Shown piece by piece: positions 20,301 through 27,617 of a DNA stretch of 30,413 bases; the first letter of the stretch is position 1; every line of letters starts with the position of its first letter. The translations under genes and the position numbers were made by a program. The notes below the pieces were generated by a model. That model was not told the origin of the DNA. It saw only the letters and a program-made list of their open reading frames with translations, and did no database searches. This DNA is from a virus (taxonomy: Duplodnaviria > Caudoviricetes): positions 1 to 30,413 of IMG/VR virus record IMGVR_UViG_3300012953_000134; one strand, 5' to 3'.

Positions 20301-23300
20301 CTGCTCTTAGTTATAGTAAAGATAGATATTCCAAAGATATTCCACTAATTGGAATATCCAATGTAAGAGCAACAGATACATTGGACTTTAGACCAAGAGT
20401 TTCGAATTTTGTCGGTGCAACTGCATCACCATTTGACTTTGATTCAAGAGTATTTTCTACAGAACCTAAGTTTTTGGTATCAGCTAATGAAAGCACTTTA
20501 CTTGGATATGATTTTTATCTTGGAAGAATTGATAAATTATATTTAAGTGAATATGGAATTTTAGAGGTTATAAAAGGAGAACCTGCTAGAAATCCTGCAC
20601 CCCCACAAATTGTTAATAATTCTATGGAATTGGGTACTCTTACTTTACCTCCATATCTTTATAATCCCAATCATATAGGAATTACATTAACAGATAATAG
20701 AAGATATACTATGAGAGATATTGGTATTTTAGAGGATAGAATCCAAAATTTAGAAACTGTAACTACTTTATCTTTACTTGAAGTTGGGACTGAAGCATTA
20801 ACAATACAAGATGCACAGGGTAATACTAGATTTAAGAGTGGTTTCTTTGTAGATGATTTTAAAGATGTTAATTTAATTGATAGTGAGTTTTCAAAAATTG
20901 AACTTGATTCTGAAAACAATCAAATTAAACCAACAATCGCTAGAAATAGTATACAAAGTCAGTTAATGCCAGCATCATCTACAATTGATTCTGATTTAGA
21001 TTTTGGTACTAATTTTACATTATTAGATTCTAATGTACAAAAAACAGGAGATGTAGTTACTTTAAAATATGAAGAAACTGATTATTTAGATCAACCTTTG
21101 GCTACTAGGGTTGAAAATATCAATCCTTTCCATGTTATTGCATATGCTGGAACTATTAGATTGACTCCAAGACAAGATAGTTGGGTAAGAACTATTAGAG
21201 TAGAACCAACAACAACTACTGTAACAAGAAGAGTTATAGATACTCAGGATTGGTCCCAAACTGGAAGATGGAGAACTACTGGACCTTGGGTTGGATGGTC
21301 ACAGGATAGAAGGGACAACTTATGGGCAGCTCAAGAAAGAGGAGAACTTGGACCTAATAGTACTGGAACAACTGAAACAACTCAAGAGTCTATTGTTACT
21401 AGAGATGTAGTTCTTAGTTCTGGTGATGAGCAATGGATGAGATCTAGAAATACTAAATTTGTTACAGATGGAGTTAGACCTTTTACTAGACATTATCAAT
21501 TCCTCGATGGGAATTCTGATGTTAGTTTTATACCAAAATTACTTGAAATAACACCAGATATAAGTGATTCTGGATTTGGGTTATATGGATCTGTTGGAAC
21601 ATTTAAAGTTGGTGAAACTGTAAAGGGATATGATGATGAGGGTAAATTACTCATTTCATTTAGAGTTGCACAGGCAAATCATAAATCTGGAGCATTTAAT
21701 AATCCTGATAAGGTATATACTTTCAACCCCTATCTTAGAACGGAAACTTTAAGTTCAGAATATACCACATCATCTAAAATTTTAAATGTTGATACAAGAT
21801 CATTAGCTTCAGAAAATCAAGGTTTATATAGTGGTTATCTTGAATTAGGAACAAGATTGGTTGGTCAAGAAAGTGGAGCACTCGCATACGTTAAAGATTT
21901 AAAATTAGTATCTGATGTGTATGGTAATATCTCAGGATCTTTCTTCTTAAAAGATCCATTTGCAGATCCAGCACCTACTGTTAGAATTTCTACAGGAGCA
22001 AAAACTTATGCACTCAATAGTAGTAGTAGTAATGAAAAAATACTTCCTGGAAGTAAATTAGGATCATCAGCTCAAGTAACATATAGATCTACTGGTAATT
22101 TTGTAGTTAGGCAAATGCAGACTCAGATTAATATGTTGGAAACAACTACTATTGTAACAATGCCTGTTGAGAGAGAAGATCCTTTAGCACAATCATTTAC
22201 TGTTGCAGGTAATATACAAGCACCAGGAATGAGAGGTGTTCAAGACGATGAGCATGGAGTATTTTTAACTTCTGTAGATATATATTTTGCAAGAAAAGAT
22301 ACTGGTAATCAACCTGTTAGTGTTCAAATTAGAACAATGGAATTGGGTACTCCAACATTAAATGTTCTTGGATCTACAGTAACTTTATTACCTGAAGATA
22401 TTACTATTTCTGAAAATGCAAATATTGCTACTAATGTTAAATTTCCAGAACCAATATTTTTACCACCAGGTCGTGAATATGCTGTAGTTCTTTTAGCACC
22501 TACAAGTGATCAATATGAAGTTTGGATAGCAAGAATGGGAGAAAAAACTGTCAATACACAGGCTCTTCCTGATGCATCATCTGTAGTTTATACTCAACAA
22601 TGGGCAGTTGGTAGTCTATTTAAATCACAAAATGGATCTATATGGTCTCCAAGCCAATTGGAAGATATGAAATTTAAATTATATAAAGCAAAGTTTACAT
22701 CTACAAGTGGAAGTGTTTTCTTTACCACACCAACATTAGATAGAAGTAATAATTATGAAACTAATTTAGGAAGTAATCCTATTATAACTTTACCAAAAAG
22801 TGGTAAAATTGGTATAACAACAATAGGTACAAGTGGTGATAGTAGTGCTAGTAGTGGAATTGGTACTCTTGTTACTGGAAGAACTATAGTTGGGGATGGT
22901 AATGATGGAACAAGTGCCGTAATTGTTGGTACAGGATCTTCTGCATATACTCTAACCAAAACATCTTCTGGTTCTGGATATAAAACTGGTCAAACCGAAG
23001 TTCAAACATTTGCAATTACAGGGCAAGGTGAGGGATTGTTACTTGATTTTAGTATCACTGGTACTAATCATGAAATCAATACCGTTAGTCTTGCTACAGG
23101 AACTGATGGAGGTCGTGGATATCAAATTGGTGATGTAGTTGGTATTGTAACTTCATCTGCAGGAGGACAAGGTATAGGAGCAGAAATAACTATTTCTAGT
23201 ATTAATACTAGTGTTAATACATTATTCCTTTCAAATATTCAAGGTACTCCAACATCGTTTAAAAATACTGAAGGTATCAGATATAGAAAAACAAATGGTA

Positions 23301-24739
23301 CTATTGAAAGTTTTGTAACTGCACCTACACCAGTATTCTCATCAGATTTGCAAGGTGGTGAAATTCCCAATGATGGTAGACATTTTATTGTTAGACAGTT
23401 TGATCATGGAATGCATTCTGCAAATAATAAAGTAAAAATTACTGATGTTCAATCTAATATCGAATCTTCTTTATTATCTGGTGATGTAACTCAAGAAGAA
23501 GTTACTAGTATAAGTGTTGCATCTACTGCACAATTTGATACCTTTGAGGGTATTCCTGTTGGAGTAGGAAGTACTGGTTATTTAAAAATTGAAGATGAAG
23601 TTATTGGATATCTTTCTATGACACCTAATGGATCTGGTGGTGGAACATTAGATACTCTTACCAGAGGTGTTGATGGAACGAGAGTTATACCTCATATTAA
23701 TGGAAGTAATGTTTTAACTGTTAATAAATATGAACTTAATGGAGTATCCTTAAGAAGGATAAACACAGAACATCAACTTTCCAATTTTAATATAGGTCTT
23801 GATTCATATTATATTGCAATTGATGATACCAAACAAGGAAAGGATAGGTCAGTTGATGTTAATAATATTTCATCATTATCATTCAATCAAGTTGGATTTG
23901 GTGGTGGAGAATTAGCACATGCTTCAAGAAATATACAGTTTGATGCTTTAATTCCAAATTATAATATTACTACACCATCAACAGTAACTAAGTCTACAGC
24001 TAGTATAAGAACTGTTAGTGGAACTAGTATTGGTGGAAATGAAGTTTCCTTTGAAGATCAGGGTTATCAATCTGTGCAGATAAACACATTAAATGAATTA
24101 TCTACTCCTAGACTTATTTGTTCTAAAGTTAATGAAGATACTTATTTAACTCAACTTGAAAGAAGTAAAGGATTTGTTACTGCTTTAAGATTTACTACCA
24201 CAAATGAAAATGTATCACCAGTAGTTAATACTGAGGCTTCATTTACTGAATTTAGATCTAATAGATTAAATAAACCAGTTGATAATTATTCAAATTCTTC
24301 AGAAACAAAATCTTGGTGGGATGATCCACATTCTGCAATATATGTTTCTAATACAGTAACTTTAGATAAACCTGCAGATGGGTTAAAGGTTATAGTTTCT
24401 GCATATAGAGATGAGTCTGCAGATTTCAGAGTTCTTTATTCTTTAATAAGACCAGATTCTAGTGGAATTAGTCAAAACTATGAATTTTTCCCAGGATATG
24501 ATAATATGAAAGATACATCTGGGGATGGTTTTGGTAATTTTGTTATAGATCCTGCTAAAAATAATGGATTACCTGATGCGGAAGTATCTGCAAGTAAGGA
24601 AAATGAATTTAAAGACTATCAATTTACTGTTGATGGATTGGATAATTTTACAGGTTATACTATTAAAATAGTAATGTCTGGATCAAATCAAGCAAAACCA
24701 GTAAAAATAAAAGATTTAAGATCAATAGCTACTAAATGA
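17330..24739 (+). CDS. Large virion structural protein, VrlC-like / DUF4815 family, 2469 aa
   Basis: N-terminal LNISPYYDDFD..KNFYKVLFKPGFPVQARELT.LQSILQNQIE.FG, then NYAAPGADR, RRYTMRDIG.LE.RI.NLE..T.LSLLE, RFKSGFFVDDF, DPLAQSF and EDMKF.LY.A.F. This is the usual position after gp8 in cyanomyoviruses. Confidence 0.85.
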   Translation: MAQKKDLNISPYYDDFDSNKNFYKVLFKPGFPVQARELTNLQSILQNQIEEFGTHMFKEGSIVIPGAPTYDGQFDSVILDANQFGIDISVYIDSFKGKVVEGQTSGVTGTIDFISLPDGGEIEKLTVFVKYLNSGTNSNNSTFIDGESLMCNENVVYGNTTINAGNAFATLISSGATSIGSAASVAEGVYFIRGTFVNVDKQTIILDPYTNNPSYRIGLQINESIVTAKEDNSLYDNAKGFTNYAAPGADRFKIGLVLTKKLISDVNDTDFVEILRVRDGEIRKITSKTNYNIIKDWIAERTFEESGNYSLQQFDINVQNSLNDRLGNNGIFFEGQQTEQGNTPSDDLMCVKISGGEAYVRGYDVTTDSVTILDVDKPRDTQNVKSANIPFSMGNILVINNLQGQPQYRNVVELHKQLDTASLSSTTLIGKARLYSCTQKDAIYENNASKWNLRLYDIQTYTELTLNRAVSNTQVDTSYLIKGKISGATGYATAQGGNSTTVFVRETSGSFIRGEAIIIQGNASLPRTITNVKQYSTKDILSVQQLASQSSNHTQTFRANAFLETVSIPNIDEVLISGVDATAYGQPFTGIKVGDIVRYNTSNTDPVFNTVTAISADSLRLTLGAISGGNVSGIYHSAVVTGSYKLRLGVPSLNDNNLGLFEILPDPNIESLDFSSSTLPVSAQITGQAVSSGGVDLSVIDVTDGSNSGIVTAFFEGYSVPRYSVHYGSTSGVGTVRSSDFSLDNSGGSTASIKGLKTSDSNTVVSITAKKQGIQSKVKNYIRSQIQEITLSNLPESGSTVGTSLNDKLTYNNTCYGLRVQDQDISLNVPDVVKVLAVYESINGLRPSLDTISFSATAAVGNNAIIGENIIGKTSNAIARVVTNSGTTPSTDSTNKLGIVYLNDKKFVNYEQVTFQESNIVTRIDGINTSDNEAKYQNITKSYNLDKGQKDQYYDYSRLVRRENSNIPSKRLLIIYDKYDVPASDTGDVFTALSYSKDRYSKDIPLIGISNVRATDTLDFRPRVSNFVGATASPFDFDSRVFSTEPKFLVSANESTLLGYDFYLGRIDKLYLSEYGILEVIKGEPARNPAPPQIVNNSMELGTLTLPPYLYNPNHIGITLTDNRRYTMRDIGILEDRIQNLETVTTLSLLEVGTEALTIQDAQGNTRFKSGFFVDDFKDVNLIDSEFSKIELDSENNQIKPTIARNSIQSQLMPASSTIDSDLDFGTNFTLLDSNVQKTGDVVTLKYEETDYLDQPLATRVENINPFHVIAYAGTIRLTPRQDSWVRTIRVEPTTTTVTRRVIDTQDWSQTGRWRTTGPWVGWSQDRRDNLWAAQERGELGPNSTGTTETTQESIVTRDVVLSSGDEQWMRSRNTKFVTDGVRPFTRHYQFLDGNSDVSFIPKLLEITPDISDSGFGLYGSVGTFKVGETVKGYDDEGKLLISFRVAQANHKSGAFNNPDKVYTFNPYLRTETLSSEYTTSSKILNVDTRSLASENQGLYSGYLELGTRLVGQESGALAYVKDLKLVSDVYGNISGSFFLKDPFADPAPTVRISTGAKTYALNSSSSNEKILPGSKLGSSAQVTYRSTGNFVVRQMQTQINMLETTTIVTMPVEREDPLAQSFTVAGNIQAPGMRGVQDDEHGVFLTSVDIYFARKDTGNQPVSVQIRTMELGTPTLNVLGSTVTLLPEDITISENANIATNVKFPEPIFLPPGREYAVVLLAPTSDQYEVWIARMGEKTVNTQALPDASSVVYTQQWAVGSLFKSQNGSIWSPSQLEDMKFKLYKAKFTSTSGSVFFTTPTLDRSNNYETNLGSNPIITLPKSGKIGITTIGTSGDSSASSGIGTLVTGRTIVGDGNDGTSAVIVGTGSSAYTLTKTSSGSGYKTGQTEVQTFAITGQGEGLLLDFSITGTNHEINTVSLATGTDGGRGYQIGDVVGIVTSSAGGQGIGAEITISSINTSVNTLFLSNIQGTPTSFKNTEGIRYRKTNGTIESFVTAPTPVFSSDLQGGEIPNDGRHFIVRQFDHGMHSANNKVKITDVQSNIESSLLSGDVTQEEVTSISVASTAQFDTFEGIPVGVGSTGYLKIEDEVIGYLSMTPNGSGGGTLDTLTRGVDGTRVIPHINGSNVLTVNKYELNGVSLRRINTEHQLSNFNIGLDSYYIAIDDTKQGKDRSVDVNNISSLSFNQVGFGGGELAHASRNIQFDALIPNYNITTPSTVTKSTASIRTVSGTSIGGNEVSFEDQGYQSVQINTLNELSTPRLICSKVNEDTYLTQLERSKGFVTALRFTTTNENVSPVVNTEASFTEFRSNRLNKPVDNYSNSSETKSWWDDPHSAIYVSNTVTLDKPADGLKVIVSAYRDESADFRVLYSLIRPDSSGISQNYEFFPGYDNMKDTSGDGFGNFVIDPAKNNGLPDAEVSASKENEFKDYQFTVDGLDNFTGYTIKIVMSGSNQAKPVKIKDLRSIATK

Positions 24740-24939
24740 TACAAGTTAAAGGATGTCCTAATTTATTTCGAGATGAAAAAACTGGTGCAATTATAAACAC
24801 CAGTAATATAGATTATGATAATAGATTAAATAGTATTAAAAAGTCTCACGTCCAAAAAAATGAATTGGATAAAATGAGATCTGATATTAATGAATTGAAA
24901 GATTTGATGAAAGCATTATTAGAAAAGACCACTAGTTAA
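24736..24939 (+). CDS. Small hypothetical protein with C-terminal coiled coil, 67 aa
   Basis: ATGA overlap with the upstream stop. Has V.G..NL.RD..TGAIIN at the N-terminus and the heptad-like ELDKMRSDINELKDLMKALL. Confidence 0.85.
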   Translation: MIQVKGCPNLFRDEKTGAIINTSNIDYDNRLNSIKKSHVQKNELDKMRSDINELKDLMKALLEKTTS

Positions 24940-24945
24940 AACAAA

Positions 24946-24953
24946 CCTAAATA
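24946..24953 (+). promoter_or_regulatory. Candidate late promoter variant (CCTAAATA)
   Basis: TAAATA core in the 44-nt intergenic gap, 30 nt before ATG 24984. It differs from TATAAATA at the first two positions. Confidence 0.55.
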
Positions 24954-24983
24954 AGAATATAGAGATTCTGTGAGAATGAATAC

Positions 24984-25331
24984 ATGGCTGCCATATATGT
25001 CAGTAATCTGGTAATCAATACGGGAAGTACATTTTCTCAAACTTTTACTTTGGAATCCAGTATGGATGATTCCGCATTCAATTTAACTGGATATACCCCT
25101 AGTGCCCAAATGAGAAAATGGGCTGGAAGTGCAACAGCAACAGATTTTACCTGTGAGGTACCATCCCCTTCTAGTCAAGGAAAAATTTTAATTAGTTTAA
25201 CAGCTACTCAAACTGCTGCGTTAGATCCTGGTAGACATGTTTATGATATCAGAGTTAGTACTGCTGGTGGTAATATTGAAACTGTTGTTGAAGGATCGGT
25301 TCTTGTAAGAGAAGGAGTAACTAGGAGCTGA
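24984..25331 (+). CDS. Small virion structural/adaptor protein (Ig-like, BppU-N/collar-adaptor type), 115 aa
   Basis: Pattern NL.I..G.TFSQ.F, NLTGYT..AQMRK, G.I.ISLTA.QT.AL..GR.VYD, VVEG.V.V..GVTR, seen in fibre-attachment modules of tailed phages. The fold call is inferred. Confidence 0.65.
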   Translation: MAAIYVSNLVINTGSTFSQTFTLESSMDDSAFNLTGYTPSAQMRKWAGSATATDFTCEVPSPSSQGKILISLTATQTAALDPGRHVYDIRVSTAGGNIETVVEGSVLVREGVTRS

Positions 25332-25333
25332 TA

Positions 25334-26767
25334 ATGCCAGATATTAAAGTCAGAGTTGGTCAACAAAGTGCAGTAAAGGTAGTTGCAAGTGCCTTTGGTG
25401 GATCACTGACTGCCGAAAATGCACAAAATGCGGTAAATGTTATTGGTGGTATAGCATCAGTAACTCAAATATACAACTCAGGTATTACCACTTTAGGTGG
25501 TAATTTGTTTGTTGCTGGAATATCCACTCTTGCAGCTAATGGTGGGATTACAACTACTGGCGGTGATTTTTATGTTGGTGGTGATTTATATGTAAAAGAT
25601 GATATAACATTTGATGAACTTAATGCAAGGAATGCTAATTTTACAGGAATTACTACTGCTTCGACATTAATAGTTAATGGACAAACATCTTCTCAATATC
25701 TTAATGTTACAGGTGTATCTACATTTTCTGATAATATTGGTGTAGGTACTGCAGATCCAACTGCTCCTGTTCAATCATCCAATACATCTATTTTAGCAGT
25801 TGGTATTCTTACTGCTTATAAACTCTATAGTGGAGGTGGTGGTGTAATAATTGGTGATGATATTACCACAAGGAATTTTGAAGCTACTGGAATTTCAACC
25901 TTTAAAGGTTTAGTAGGTATTGCAAAAACTACACAATCTACTAGTACAAGTACTGGTGCTCTTGTAGTTACGGGTGGTGTTGGAATTGGATCTAATTTAT
26001 ATGTTGGTGGAAATATAAATGGAACTGGAAGTGCAGATTTTGCAACATTAAATATAACGGGAGTTAGTACATCACTAAGAGTTGAGACTCAGAATTTAAA
26101 TGTTTCTGGTATTGCAACTCTTGGAGGTAGTTTAACTGAAATTACTGGTAGAGTAGTTGGAGTTGGTGTAAGTAATATACTTCCATTTCTATATTCTAGT
26201 TTTTCTGATCTACCATCTGCTAGTACATACCATGGTGCATTTGCACATGTTCATGAACGTGGAAAGGCATTTTTTGCACATTCTAATAATTGGTGGGAAT
26301 TAGTTAATGTACAATTAGATGGAACTGTTGGAACAAGTACTGAAAGGTATAATATTGGACCCACAAATATATCATCATTGAATGTTTCTGGTATTTCTAC
26401 ATTTGGAAGCGATGTTTCGATTGGAGGAACATTAACTTATGAAGATGTAACTAATGTTGATTCTATAGGACTCATAACTGCTAGAACTGGAGTACGAATA
26501 ACTACTGGTGGTTTGGTCATATCTGCAGGTGATGCAAATATACAAAGTCAATTAAATGTCACTGGAATATCTACTCTTTCATCTAGTGGTGGAATTACAA
26601 CTACTGGTGGTGATCTTTATGTGGGAGGTGATCTATATATTTCTGATGATATAACATTTGATGAATTTAATGCTACAAATGGAAACATTACAGGAATTAT
26701 GACGGCTGGTACTATGAATGTTACTGGTACATTAACTGCTGGACTTATCGATGGAGGCTCATTCTAA
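25334..26767 (+). CDS. Fibre-like virion protein (beta-repeat shaft), 477 aa
   Basis: SD AGGAG at 25323-25327. Many LNV[ST]G[IV]ST repeats, plus STSTSTGALVVTGGVGIG.NLYVGG, IGGTLTYEDVTNVDSIGLITAR.G and a C-terminal IDGGSF, which are recurrent phage fibre motifs. Confidence 0.75.
   Translation: MPDIKVRVGQQSAVKVVASAFGGSLTAENAQNAVNVIGGIASVTQIYNSGITTLGGNLFVAGISTLAANGGITTTGGDFYVGGDLYVKDDITFDELNARNANFTGITTASTLIVNGQTSSQYLNVTGVSTFSDNIGVGTADPTAPVQSSNTSILAVGILTAYKLYSGGGGVIIGDDITTRNFEATGISTFKGLVGIAKTTQSTSTSTGALVVTGGVGIGSNLYVGGNINGTGSADFATLNITGVSTSLRVETQNLNVSGIATLGGSLTEITGRVVGVGVSNILPFLYSSFSDLPSASTYHGAFAHVHERGKAFFAHSNNWWELVNVQLDGTVGTSTERYNIGPTNISSLNVSGISTFGSDVSIGGTLTYEDVTNVDSIGLITARTGVRITTGGLVISAGDANIQSQLNVTGISTLSSSGGITTTGGDLYVGGDLYISDDITFDEFNATNGNITGIMTAGTMNVTGTLTAGLIDGGSF
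25515..26699 (+). repeat. 138-nt in-frame direct repeat in the fibre gene (25515-25652 and 26562-26699)
   Basis: Hand alignment: 23 mismatches in 138 nt (~83% identity), no gaps, 21-nt exact core GATGATATAACATTTGATGAA, offset 1047 nt (349 codons). Confidence 0.92.
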
Positions 26768-27612
26768 TGGCAAAACCAAGTACTAAACAAGGATTAATAG
26801 ATTATTGTAAAAGACAATTAGGTGCTCCTGTATTGGAAATAAACGTTGCTGATGATCAAATAGATGATTTAGTTGATGATGCCATTCAAGTGTTTAATGA
26901 GAGGCATTATGATGGTGTTGAAAGGATGTATTTGAAATACAAACTAACTCAAGATGATATTGATAGAGGAAAAGCTAATGGAACTACTGGTGTTGGTATA
27001 GTAACAACTACAGCAAATTCAACTAATGTTAGTGGATTAGGTACAATTACATCGAATTGGTATGAGACTTCTAATTTCTTACAAGTTCCAGAATCTGTAG
27101 TGGGTGTTGAAAAAATATTTAAATTTGATGCAAGTACAATTTCTGGTGGAATGTTTAGTATCAAATATCAATTATTCCTAAATGATTTGTATCAATTCAA
27201 TTCAATAGAATTGCTTCAGTATGCTATGGTAAAAACATATCTTGAAGATATTGATTTCTTATTAACTACTGATAAACAAGTTAGATTTAATCAAAGACAA
27301 GATAGATTATATTTGGATCTTGATTGGGGAGCACAAAGTCTTGGAACTTGGATGGTTCTTGATTGTTATAGGGCATTAGATCCTGCATCATTCAATCAAG
27401 TTTATAATGATATTTTTGTTAAAAGATATTTGACTGCATTAATCAAAAGGCAATGGGGTCAAAATTTAATTAAGTTTAAGGGTGTTAAACTTCCTGGTGG
27501 AATTGAACTTAATGGTAGAGAAATTTATGAGGATGGTCAGCGTGAAATAGATTATCTTCGTGAAAGAATGATGATTGAATATGAAGTTCCTCCTTTAGAT
27601 ATGATCGGATAA
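26767..27612 (+). CDS. gp13: Neck protein gp13
   Basis: 281 aa with LIDYC.R.LGAPVLEINV.DDQIDD and C-terminal VKRY.TALIK.QWGQNLIKF.GV.LPGG.ELNG..IY.D...EI. Confidence 0.95.
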   Translation: MAKPSTKQGLIDYCKRQLGAPVLEINVADDQIDDLVDDAIQVFNERHYDGVERMYLKYKLTQDDIDRGKANGTTGVGIVTTTANSTNVSGLGTITSNWYETSNFLQVPESVVGVEKIFKFDASTISGGMFSIKYQLFLNDLYQFNSIELLQYAMVKTYLEDIDFLLTTDKQVRFNQRQDRLYLDLDWGAQSLGTWMVLDCYRALDPASFNQVYNDIFVKRYLTALIKRQWGQNLIKFKGVKLPGGIELNGREIYEDGQREIDYLRERMMIEYEVPPLDMIG

Positions 27613-27617
27613 TAATT

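Noticed and set aside
23723-23730. AATAAATA within the VrlC-like gene as a promoter
   Set aside because: It lies about 1 kb from the next start codon and may simply result from N-K-Y codons, so it is not called as a feature.
2620-24739. Intein, intron or homing endonuclease explaining the giant ORFs
   Set aside because: I saw no intein splice-junction pattern, no LAGLIDADG/HNH/GIY-YIG motif and no frame interruption. The extra length is beta-repeat structural sequence.
24700-24745. Programmed frameshift fusing the VrlC-like protein to the 67-aa ORF
   Set aside because: A TAA at 24733-24735 precedes the ATG in the downstream frame and there is no convincing slippery heptamer. Ordinary ATGA coupling explains the junction.
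25515-26699. Fibre repeat pair as a DGR template/variable repeat
   Set aside because: Mismatches are not confined to adenines of either copy (many C/T and G/T changes), both copies are coding in the same gene, and there is no reverse transcriptase in the window.
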